Part shown: positions 1-8,028 of the stretch, one piece after another
Numbering within the stretch: the stretch's first letter is position 1
Layout of the letters: each line of letters begins with the position of its first letter
Virus record (IMG/VR): IMGVR_UViG_3300003465_000014
Location: 1 to 45,164 of that record
Source of the DNA: a virus
DNA length: 45,164 nucleotides
Reading direction: 5' to 3' (one strand)
Notes under the pieces: generated by a model
The model's database searches: none
The model's input: only the letters and a program-made list of their open reading frames with translations
Told to the model about the DNA's origin: nothing
Translations under genes and position numbers: made by a program

Positions 1-99
1 CGTGACTGCGGTGAACAGGAGATCGTTGTTCGTGCCTGTGAGTGCCGTCGTGAGCGTGGCCGCCACGGCTGTGAACTGTGTTTCCACCTTCACCTGGAT
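1..99. repeat. Terminal direct repeat copy 1 (circular assembly overlap)
   Basis: Bases 1-99 are identical to 45066-45164 by direct reading. The repeat is bounded exactly by the window ends and lies inside an ORF. Confidence 0.95.
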
Positions 100-447
100 C
101 CACGTCCCGCGCGGCGCAAACTTGCCCAGCGTTGCGTAGCCGGTGACACTCGACGGTAGCGACACCAAGAGTGGCACTTCCAGCACGCGCTTCGTGCGGG
201 CGTTGGCGGTCGGGTTCGCGAGCGCGTAGTCCAGTGCGTCCAGCGCCACGCCATCTACGATCGGCGTAATACGGATTGGGACGGCACGCTCATGGATGAC
301 GGAGACGTAGAGGGAGAAGAACGCGACTTCGCCGCCCTCGCCAGCAATGGCTAACCGATCCGACTGTGCGAGCACCTGATAGTCGCTGGAGTCGTCGAGA
401 TACCCCTCATCAGCCACCAGCAAGTTTGCGCCCGACGCCGGCGCCAT
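1..447 (-). CDS. Hypothetical virion-module protein, N-terminal part of a junction-spanning ORF (266 aa once circularised)
   Basis: Manual translation from ATG at 447 (MAPASGANLLVADEGYLDDSSDYQVLAQSDRLAIAGEGG...) is open to base 1. It is in frame with the ORF called at 45158. It is absent from the ORF track because it has no stop before the window edge. Confidence 0.6.
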   Translation of the reverse strand, partial: MAPASGANLLVADEGYLDDSSDYQVLAQSDRLAIAGEGGEVAFFSLYVSVIHERAVPIRITPIVDGVALDALDYALANPTANARTKRVLEVPLLVSLPSSVTGYATLGKFAPRGTWIQVKVETQFTAVAATLTTALTGTNNDLLFTAVT

Positions 448-469
448 GAATAACCGCGGTTTGCCCACG

Positions 470-949
470 TCAGTCTACCGAGAAAGCAATCCCGGACAGT
501 GAGAGCCAGGTCGCAGAGGACGCGGTGCCCAACACGACATCGCCGTTGGTGGCAACGTCAACGACCTCAATGGCACCGTCGGCGACCACCGCGAACTGAT
601 GCCGCTTGGTCGGCCGGAAGCCCGTGGGCAGCGTGAAGAGCGTGGTTCCTGCGCTCGCCACACCATCCTTAATGGAGCCCCGGAGATGCACGATGCCGTC
701 GGCGGTCTTGGCGTAGCCCGCATTGGCATAATTCGCGGCGTCGTAGTTGACCCACGAGTTGAGGAGCGTCGGTGCAGTCCACGAGAGCGCCGAGCCGCCG
801 GGGAGGCCGGAGATGGAGACGCGCAGTTCAGAACCGTCCAGGCACTTCTCCAGGGTGCCTTGTCCAGCCGACGGCGAGCCAGACGTAACGTGTTTGAGCT
901 TGAGCGCCCCAATCGTCGCATTGTAGATCGTGGTGAGCGTGTCAGGCAT
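470..949 (-). CDS. Tail fibre tip / receptor-binding-like protein (159 aa)
   Basis: ATG at 949 overlaps the upstream stop. The pattern W..PTLLNSWVNY...AGYAKTADGIVHLRGSI...TLFTLPTGFRP...WLSLSGIAFS resembles common phage fibre C-terminal knob domains. Confidence 0.55.
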   Translation of the reverse strand: MPDTLTTIYNATIGALKLKHVTSGSPSAGQGTLEKCLDGSELRVSISGLPGGSALSWTAPTLLNSWVNYDAANYANAGYAKTADGIVHLRGSIKDGVASAGTTLFTLPTGFRPTKRHQFAVVADGAIEVVDVATNGDVVLGTASSATWLSLSGIAFSVD

Positions 950-3015
950 CAGCAGTTCTTCGGGGTCGCGCCAGCCGTCACCACCCAATCGGAGTAATCA
1001 TCCACGGCGAACTGCGTCACCTTGGTGCGCGCGCGACCGCGGACATTCACGAGGGCCGATGGGCAGAGTCCCACGACGCCATCCGCGAGTGTGGCGTCCG
1101 CCCCGGTGGTTGTCGTCGCCCCCCAGTCGTTGAGCGCATTCCGTTCGACCTGCGCCTCGAACACGCGCGTGCCGCTGGCGTCGTACTCGGTCGGCAAGGA
1201 CCACGACACGTCATACTGCTGTACGACGCTATCGGCGACGATGCTGACGGTCTGAGCCGGCGGCAGGGGCCCTACCCAGCGCGATTGCGTGAGGTTCGCG
1301 CCGGTCACCCAGGTGGACGTGAAGCGCATACGGAAGCTCTTGGTCGCTTCGCCTAATGTGTTCACGTCGGCACGCGCACGGCGCAGGGCGAGGTCTTGCG
1401 TGACAGTGAGCGCGACCCACGCGCCGCCGCCTGTGCTGTCGTATTCAACAACGTAGGTCACATGTGGGTGATCGCTCCCTGGACACGTCGAGTCGAACAG
1501 GAAGTCCATGTACTCCTGAGTCCCAGACGTGCGGAGCCATCCGCCAGCCGCGATGGCGGGGAAGGTGCCGCCGAGGACCGGCGTGACGAATGTGGTATCG
1601 ACGTTCGCCTGTCGCGCCGCCGCCGGCCACAGCGCTGGGTCGCTGGACACATAACTCGCTTTGGTCAGTCCGTTCAGCTTCACCCGCACGGCCACCGTGT
1701 GACGCATGCCTTGGAGCCGGCCCGTTGCGGCAATCGCAGCCGTTGCACCAGTGACGGCCACTGTACCATACAGCGCCCACGTGCCCGTGGACTCCGGCTT
1801 GATCCAGAGTTCCATGATTTCGCCGCCGAACAACGTGCCGAGAATGTTGGCGGTGACGGTGAAACCCGTTGGGGTAATGGACCCAACGCTCGCGATCTCG
1901 CTATAGGCGTCTGGCATCACGAGCGACCCTTCATACAGGATCCCGGCCGCACGCATCGCGCTTGTAAACTCGCGATAGCTCCAGCGTGGCTGCTCGTCGC
2001 GGAGGTGCAGCACATAGGCCCACTTCCCGAACACGAACAACACGTCTTTCCGATCGGGCAGGTAGCACGCGAATCCATTGGCCAGGTCAGGGTCGGCAGC
2101 GTCGCTATCCGGGTCTGGGCCAGCCAAATCGAGCGGCAGCGACAAGTCCACCGAGCGCCCGCCGTCCGTTAGGCGCGGACCTTCCAGGCTCCAGAAGTAA
2201 TTGACGCCGCCGACAGTCACCGAGAGCAGTGCGCCCGCCTGTCCATACAGCTCATCGAGCGGGAGGATACCGAAGTTGAGTGGAGACGTGCCAACGATGC
2301 GGTACGATTCTGACTCTTTGCGGATCACAAGCGCGTCGCCCGCCGTCGCCAACTCGACCACTTGGTCACCGCGCTGGCCGGCGAGGAACCAATGTTCCGG
2401 CTCGAAGTCGTCCGGGATACCAGGCTTGGAGATGCGGACGATTTCCGGTCGGTCCTCGTCGGAGTCGGTGCCATAGCCGGAGCCCACGATGTACTTGAGC
2501 CAGCGCTTGACCTTGCGGAACTTGATGTCGTTCGCCGAGCCGTCGCGGTCCAGGTCACCCGTCAGTGACGCGATCGTGCCAGCCGCCAGGTCGTAGACCT
2601 TCGTGACCTGTCGGCGCCCTATGATCTGTTCGTCGTGCGCGATGATGAGTTTGTCGTTGGAGTCCGCCGCGCTCACCCGTGGAATGGCGTCCGTGGATGC
2701 AAGGCTCCATAACTCGCCGATGTAGGTGGCCGAGTCACCTGCGCCCGTGACCTGCCAGAGCCGCACCTTGTACGTGCTGGAACTGTAGGCGATGAGCGCG
2801 CCGACACCGCTGGAGCGGATCGTGAAGATGCCAAGGATGTGTGTCTCGCCCGCCAGCGACAACTGACGCTGCAGCCCCTTCCGCATCTCTATCTTGCCGG
2901 GCAGGAGATGCACATTGCGGAGGTCCGAGCAGTTGGTCGCCTGGACAACCATGGAACCGCTCACGCGATCCAGCCCTGAACCAAACGGGATCGGCACCTT
3001 CGGACGGACACCCAC
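949..3015 (-). CDS. Large tail structural protein (688 aa), possible tail tubular/nozzle-like
   Basis: GTG start 2 nt after the upstream stop. Called from size, position in the tail module and beta-rich sequence. No enzymatic motifs seen. Confidence 0.45.
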   Translation of the reverse strand: MGVRPKVPIPFGSGLDRVSGSMVVQATNCSDLRNVHLLPGKIEMRKGLQRQLSLAGETHILGIFTIRSSGVGALIAYSSSTYKVRLWQVTGAGDSATYIGELWSLASTDAIPRVSAADSNDKLIIAHDEQIIGRRQVTKVYDLAAGTIASLTGDLDRDGSANDIKFRKVKRWLKYIVGSGYGTDSDEDRPEIVRISKPGIPDDFEPEHWFLAGQRGDQVVELATAGDALVIRKESESYRIVGTSPLNFGILPLDELYGQAGALLSVTVGGVNYFWSLEGPRLTDGGRSVDLSLPLDLAGPDPDSDAADPDLANGFACYLPDRKDVLFVFGKWAYVLHLRDEQPRWSYREFTSAMRAAGILYEGSLVMPDAYSEIASVGSITPTGFTVTANILGTLFGGEIMELWIKPESTGTWALYGTVAVTGATAAIAATGRLQGMRHTVAVRVKLNGLTKASYVSSDPALWPAAARQANVDTTFVTPVLGGTFPAIAAGGWLRTSGTQEYMDFLFDSTCPGSDHPHVTYVVEYDSTGGGAWVALTVTQDLALRRARADVNTLGEATKSFRMRFTSTWVTGANLTQSRWVGPLPPAQTVSIVADSVVQQYDVSWSLPTEYDASGTRVFEAQVERNALNDWGATTTTGADATLADGVVGLCPSALVNVRGRARTKVTQFAVDDYSDWVVTAGATPKNC

Positions 3016-3017
3016 GG

Positions 3018-3884
3018 CTATGGGCCCTCCAGTACCGGCACGATGCCGGCCGTCACACTACCATCGAAGCCAGCGAGACTCCCTTCATTGGTCGCCGTAG
3101 CGTTGGTGAAGGGATACCAGAGGTCCGGCGTCACCACGTTGGCATCCAACGCCTCAGCTTGTACCTGCGCCTGAGAGAGGGCCGTGGCGAGCCAGACCCG
3201 CACGTCGTTGACATTGCCACCGAAAGCGTTGTAGGCACCGACGGTCCCGCCAACGATGGCGTTCACTCCGGTGCTGGCGGCTGAGAGCGCGGATGGCACC
3301 GTATTCGAGAAGGACAGCGTCTCGGCAGCGTCGGCCGAATACCCCCCGCCAGAGCGCACGGACAGGTACATCTTGACACGATTGGCGTTGCTGCTCTGCG
3401 CGCCATCAAAGACGACCGTCAGTTTGTACCGTGTGCCCGCAACGAGCGTCGTGCTCCCCGCGCATGTTACTTGCTGGTTCGTCGCGCCATTCCGAAGAAT
3501 GACAATCGGCTTGTTCGCCGTATTGAGTCCGAGATAGAACTGGTCGCGATTGTCGCCACCAACCGTGTCGTTGTAGCGCGCAAAGAGCGCTTGAAAGGCA
3601 CCAGTGAGGGTGACCGTGAACCAGACCGTGACGGTGAGCTTTGTGGCGTTGTTCAGCGCAGTGAGGTCCCCCAACGTGATCTTTTCGCTGGTACTGCCAG
3701 GAAACTGGTAGGCGTCATAGGTCGGCCCGGGCGGCGTGCCGCATTCGGTCCATGTGCTTGCCGGCGGAGTGACGTAGGCCGCAAAGGTAGAGGCTGGCGG
3801 CGTGACACAGGCCGCGAACGTGCTGGCAGGCCGCACGGGCGTCTCGGTGAACACGCTCGTGATCGCGTCGCGCCAGCCGCCCAT
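3018..3884 (-). CDS. LamG/concanavalin-A-like lectin domain tail protein (288 aa)
   Basis: LamG-like pattern: TVWFTVT...ALFARYND...YKLTVVFDG...VKMYLS...AFGGNVNDVRVWLATALSQAQV. N-terminal tandem VTPPASTFAA repeats. Confidence 0.55.
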   Translation of the reverse strand: MGGWRDAITSVFTETPVRPASTFAACVTPPASTFAAYVTPPASTWTECGTPPGPTYDAYQFPGSTSEKITLGDLTALNNATKLTVTVWFTVTLTGAFQALFARYNDTVGGDNRDQFYLGLNTANKPIVILRNGATNQQVTCAGSTTLVAGTRYKLTVVFDGAQSSNANRVKMYLSVRSGGGYSADAAETLSFSNTVPSALSAASTGVNAIVGGTVGAYNAFGGNVNDVRVWLATALSQAQVQAEALDANVVTPDLWYPFTNATATNEGSLAGFDGSVTAGIVPVLEGP

Positions 3885-3887
3885 TGG

Positions 3888-4577
3888 TTACCCGTCCAGT
3901 CGGCTATGGACGTGCGGCGCGAGGAAGCGCGACGTGAGCGGCGTATAGGTGCCGACGTGCGCCTGGAAATCCGCCAGCAGGTCCTTCTCTTCGGCGTCGA
4001 ACGATCCGAGCGCCAGTGCGCGCTTCTCCTGCGGTGTCGCGCTCGCCTTATTCGTGAGCCACTTCGCCAGGTCCAGCTCTAGCAGCGTGTCCCACGGCGC
4101 CTCAAGCTCAGCGGCCTTCGCGGCATCGCCGTCACCCCATAGCGCCGGGAGTTTCGCGTAAAAGATTTTGATGGACGTGACGAGGTTCAGGTCAGTGCCG
4201 ACGCTAATCAGAACGCGATCACGCAAATAGGCGCGGGGCGCATATTCCGCATTCTGGTCCTCAGGACGCACGAGGTTGATCTTGTCGCCGGCTGCGTAGG
4301 CGCTCGTGCCAGGGTCCAGTACTTCAATGCGCTGTACCAGCGCGGGCGTCGGCACGGGGTCCGCGAAGTCGTTGAGGTCTGCGTTGCCGCTCGACAGGTT
4401 CGCCGTGGCGCATGTCCCGAATCGCTCGGGGTTGATCTGCGCTGCCTTCTCGTAGAGTTGGCGCTGGCGGTAGCCGATCCGGCGGTACATGGGGCCGCGG
4501 GCGGTCGGGTAGTCAACCCCGAACTCGGCGAGCCGCCCAAGGGCGCGGTCTACGAGTTGGTCGCCGGTCTGGCCCAT
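3888..4577 (-). CDS. Hypothetical structural protein, paralog set member (229 aa)
   Basis: Shares INPERFGT / RIE / IKIFYAKLPAL...LLELDLAKWL motifs with the two upstream ORFs. Confidence 0.6.
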   Translation of the reverse strand: MGQTGDQLVDRALGRLAEFGVDYPTARGPMYRRIGYRQRQLYEKAAQINPERFGTCATANLSSGNADLNDFADPVPTPALVQRIEVLDPGTSAYAAGDKINLVRPEDQNAEYAPRAYLRDRVLISVGTDLNLVTSIKIFYAKLPALWGDGDAAKAAELEAPWDTLLELDLAKWLTNKASATPQEKRALALGSFDAEEKDLLADFQAHVGTYTPLTSRFLAPHVHSRLDG

Positions 4578-4580
4578 CGC

Positions 4581-5318
4581 TTACGCGGCCTCGGGAAGCC
4601 CGCTGCCTGCCAAGATCGAGACAAGCGGGATGCGCGTCTGTGTGTTAAAGCGCTGCATATGGCCGTATTGGCGCCGCTCGCCTACGTCCTCGTGCTCCAA
4701 GAACGCGATGAAGAGCTTGGCCCAGTCGTTCCGCTGTTCCTTGAGCGCCGGCAACTCGTCGCCGCGCTTGTCCTTGATCGCCAAGTAGATCGCGACTTCG
4801 AGCACCAAGAGCTCGTTGTATGCCTCGATCCACTGGGCGTCGAGGGCCGTGTCGATCGTCGCGGGGATCGCGGGCCGCTTCGAGTACCAGAAGGTGAGCG
4901 TGCCGTCCTGCGGACTCTTCGGCTCCGTCGTCGCGCTGGCGCTGGCGGGGTAGTACTTCTGCCCGTAGCGATAGACCGCCTGCTTGCCGGGTTCCGCGCT
5001 CCGTTGGTCATAGGGCACACGGACGATCTCTGTGCCAGCGGTGACGTTCGCCGGCGGGCTCGCCGATGCCGCTTCGATGCGGAAAATGCTTTCGGCGTCC
5101 TCCGGCCGCACCCAGCCACCGCTCGCAAACGCAACGTTGGCCGTCGTGGCAAAGAACGTGGGATTGACGCGGGCACCGAGCGCATACAGCCCACGGAGGG
5201 CTCGGCCTACGAGTTGGAGCAGTTCGGCCGACTCGCTCGCGATGGTGCCGGGGACGTTGAGCTTGCTCTTCCCGTAGGCCCACGTAATCAGGTTCGTCGG
5301 CGTGACGGTAACAGGCAT
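4581..5318 (-). CDS. Hypothetical structural protein, paralog set member (245 aa)
   Basis: VNPTFFATTA / RIE / LTFWYSKRPAI...LLVLEVAIYL motifs parallel those of 3888..4577. Confidence 0.6.
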   Translation of the reverse strand: MPVTVTPTNLITWAYGKSKLNVPGTIASESAELLQLVGRALRGLYALGARVNPTFFATTANVAFASGGWVRPEDAESIFRIEAASASPPANVTAGTEIVRVPYDQRSAEPGKQAVYRYGQKYYPASASATTEPKSPQDGTLTFWYSKRPAIPATIDTALDAQWIEAYNELLVLEVAIYLAIKDKRGDELPALKEQRNDWAKLFIAFLEHEDVGERRQYGHMQRFNTQTRIPLVSILAGSGLPEAA

Positions 5319-6445
5319 TAGAACACGTCCTCACGGAAGGTGCTGACGCGGGCACGTTTCGAGAGCCGGAGCGTCGAGAGGTAGGTCGCCTCGGCCTGGA
5401 CGGCCTCGGCCTTCTTCATGGCGACATCAATGACAATCCCGCGGGCGGCGGCATGTTCGGCCGCAACGGCCGCGCCATACGCCACGAGGCACGGCCGCGC
5501 GGCGTCAGGGACGAGGAAGTAGTCTGTGAGGGCCGCGAACGCCGGCGCGTTCGGCGTATAGCGGAGTTCGACCGATTCCACGTCGGTCCAGTCGGTTTCG
5601 TCGCCACACAGGAACAGCGTTTCGCCCATCAGGTACACGGCCGGCCACCACAGGGGAGCGTGGCGCCGGCCGTAGCTGGTGATACAAAGCGCATCTCGCT
5701 CGCCGTCCGCATAGCGCACGGTCCCACCGATGACCGCTTTCAGCGCCGGCAGCGCTGCGCCGCGGTCCACCCAGAGCGTAAGCGGCTTGGTATAGTCGAT
5801 GTAGGCTACGCCGCTCGCATCGAGCCGCACGAGATAGCCGCGCCGCTCGGTCTCGCTCGGCAGGCCCGTAACGACAACCCGCTCACCGTCGGCCTCCAGT
5901 GTCTCGGCGACTACGCGCATCCGTGAGTCGTCAGTCGGTAGCGTCGTCCAGGCGGCGTGCGTCCATGTGTCAGCGGTGTTTGCAGTGACTTTCCGCTGCT
6001 GGCCGTACCCCGGCCCTTGGACGATTTCGAGGATCTTCCCGACATCGGCGTTGGTGCCGCGCCCCGCGCCCGTCGAGGTCGTCGTGGTGGATGTGGCTGC
6101 GGTCACAGAGCGCTCGGCGACGGCGACTACGGCGCTCGCGTCGAGGTTCACGAGCCGGCCGGCCTCGGCGCGGTCGGGCGAGAGCGCACTACCGCTCACG
6201 GTCCCGGGGACGCCACCCAGCGTGCCAACGCCGGCGACATCGGGGGCGTTGGCGTCGTCGAACGCGAGCGCGAGCGCGATCTGCTGTGCGCAGTACGTCT
6301 TGTCGCGCTCGACTGCGCGGCCGATCAGCTCGTTCTGTTTGTTGGACAGGAACGCCGCGAGCACCTTGCTCGGCACGCGGGATTCATCGAACGCTGGATG
6401 GAGAAATCGGACATCGTTGATGATGTCCGATAATTGGAGCGACAC
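5318..6445 (-). CDS. Hypothetical structural protein, paralog set member with insertion (375 aa)
   Basis: The C-terminal VELRYTPNAPAF...LVAYGAAVAA motif matches the pattern of the two downstream ORFs. 1-nt stop/start overlap. Confidence 0.6.
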   Translation of the reverse strand: MSLQLSDIINDVRFLHPAFDESRVPSKVLAAFLSNKQNELIGRAVERDKTYCAQQIALALAFDDANAPDVAGVGTLGGVPGTVSGSALSPDRAEAGRLVNLDASAVVAVAERSVTAATSTTTTSTGAGRGTNADVGKILEIVQGPGYGQQRKVTANTADTWTHAAWTTLPTDDSRMRVVAETLEADGERVVVTGLPSETERRGYLVRLDASGVAYIDYTKPLTLWVDRGAALPALKAVIGGTVRYADGERDALCITSYGRRHAPLWWPAVYLMGETLFLCGDETDWTDVESVELRYTPNAPAFAALTDYFLVPDAARPCLVAYGAAVAAEHAAARGIVIDVAMKKAEAVQAEATYLSTLRLSKRARVSTFREDVF

Positions 6446-6454
6446 GGCGACCCG

Positions 6455-6916
6455 TTACTCCTTGGGGACCGGCGGCGGTGCCACGCCTGCGGCTTCGAGC
6501 GCGGCCTGGAGCACCGCCTTGGAGGCGTTCGGCGCGACCTTCACCTTTTTGGCCTTTGCGAGCTCCTTCATGCCGCTCTTGCTGACATGCGCCCAGGGGT
6601 CTGCAGGCTCCGTCGCTTCCGTTACTCCACCGAGCGGTGGAGTAACGGCCCCAGTAGGCGCCGCCGGAACCGCCGGAGCTGTCTTGTCGCGGAGATTGTA
6701 GTTCGGGTCGATGAGCGCGGGGCCGACGATCAACTGCTCAACGCCCGTTCCGACCACCCGGTTCTTCTGTACCGCAGCAGCGCGCTCAGCCAGCGGCGCC
6801 CCGATCAGCGATGGTCCGCACGGGCCAGCCAGTGCGAGCACCTGGTCGTCAGTGAGTTTCGCGACGGCGGCAGCAGTCAGGAAGCCAGAGTCGTCGCGGT
6901 CGGTCGATGTGGTCAT
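6455..6916 (-). CDS. Hypothetical head-associated protein with SAP/Rho-N-like C-terminus (153 aa)
   Basis: ATG 6916 forms an ATGA overlap with the upstream stop. C-terminal MKELAKAKKVKVAPNASKAVLQAALEAAGV. Confidence 0.5.
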   Translation of the reverse strand: MTTSTDRDDSGFLTAAAVAKLTDDQVLALAGPCGPSLIGAPLAERAAAVQKNRVVGTGVEQLIVGPALIDPNYNLRDKTAPAVPAAPTGAVTPPLGGVTEATEPADPWAHVSKSGMKELAKAKKVKVAPNASKAVLQAALEAAGVAPPPVPKE

Positions 6917-7494
6917 TGGATCACTCGTTGGATGGTGTAGCCGCTGCGCGCGACGTGGTGGTCCGGGTGATCGTGCCGCGTCACGGAGTGGGAGAGCGTG
7001 AAGGCGTAGCGCCACGCATCGCGCGCACGCGCGGGGTCCGTCAGGTCCGCCCGGGCCGCTAGCCGGTCCTTGTCCTGTGCGGCCTCCAGTTCGCGGAATA
7101 GTTCGGCGTCGCTCGTGTGCCGGAGCTTCCAGAGCATCCGGCGGAAGTCCTCGACTACGGCGCCCTCGAAGCCGGCGACCTTGGGGTGCTCACGATACTC
7201 GGCCATCGGGCGGAACCCTTGGAGCGCCAGGAGCGCGAACTGCACGCGACCCACCAATCGGCGGCTGGGCCGGAGATGTGGCGGGGCCGTGTGGATGGCG
7301 TGCAGCGCACGCGCCATGATGGACTCGGCTTGCGCGATGGCGTCGGCGTGCCAGCGCACACGGCCCAGGATCCAGCGGCCGGCACCGAGATACAGCAACT
7401 CGGCGGTTTCATCGATCTCCCGCAGTCGCCGGATCACGTCGGGGGACGCGACCCGGCTCTGGGGGAACTGCACCTTCGACTCCAGGGACAGCAT
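6913..7494 (-). CDS. Hypothetical protein (193 aa)
   Basis: ORF in the operon frame chain, with overlapping stop/start at both ends. Confidence 0.5.
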   Translation of the reverse strand: MLSLESKVQFPQSRVASPDVIRRLREIDETAELLYLGAGRWILGRVRWHADAIAQAESIMARALHAIHTAPPHLRPSRRLVGRVQFALLALQGFRPMAEYREHPKVAGFEGAVVEDFRRMLWKLRHTSDAELFRELEAAQDKDRLAARADLTDPARARDAWRYAFTLSHSVTRHDHPDHHVARSGYTIQRVIQ

Positions 7495-7898
7495 TACGCC
7501 GGCCCCAGGTCCTGCTCCAGTGGGAAGGGCCGGATCTCGATGACGACGAACCCGTTGGCCAGTACACCTGAGCCGTCGGTCGTGAGTTCGACCGTCAGGG
7601 CCTCCGTACTGGACCCGCGGACATCGGCCTTGGTAGTGGACAACGTTTGTGCGTCCTCGGTCGCCGCGGTAAACGTCCCCGCCGCGACGGCCTCGCGCGT
7701 TGCGTTCTTGACCTTGAACGACACGGTGCCCGCCTTGGTGCGGCAGAACGACCGCACGCGCGTCACCTGATACGCGAAGCCCACGACGAGCGAAAAAATC
7801 ACCGCATCGGTCAACGACAGCGCGGTGATGACGGGGATGACGAGGAACTTCTTCGCCGTCGCCGCGTCCTTGTGAATGTTCTTGTCTCTTACAGCCAT
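7494..7898 (-). CDS. Hypothetical head protein (134 aa), possible decoration/accessory
   Basis: Strong SD (AAGGAG, 8-nt spacing) upstream of ATG 7898. First gene after the capsid gene. Confidence 0.6.
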   Translation of the reverse strand: MAVRDKNIHKDAATAKKFLVIPVITALSLTDAVIFSLVVGFAYQVTRVRSFCRTKAGTVSFKVKNATREAVAAGTFTAATEDAQTLSTTKADVRGSSTEALTVELTTDGSGVLANGFVVIEIRPFPLEQDLGPA

Positions 7899-8028
7899 CT
7901 CAGGATCTCCTTAGCGAGTTTTGGTGGCCGGCCTTCGGAGGGCCGGGTGGCAGAACGGGCGCCCGAGAAGATCCCGGACGCCCGCGCTGGGGTTGGTCAC
8001 GCTGACGTGCTGTGGATCAGGGAATCGG

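Noticed and set aside
1-99. The 99-bp terminal repeat as a genuine phage direct terminal repeat or LTR-like element
   Set aside because: It coincides exactly with both window ends, has a length typical of an assembler k-mer overlap, and sits in the middle of a continuous ORF. A circular or permuted assembly is the simpler explanation.
7928-7946. GC-rich stem-loop (CCGGCC-N7-GGCCGG) after the capsid gene as an intrinsic terminator
   Set aside because: There is no U-tract on the transcribed strand. It may still attenuate or stabilise mRNA, but the evidence is insufficient.
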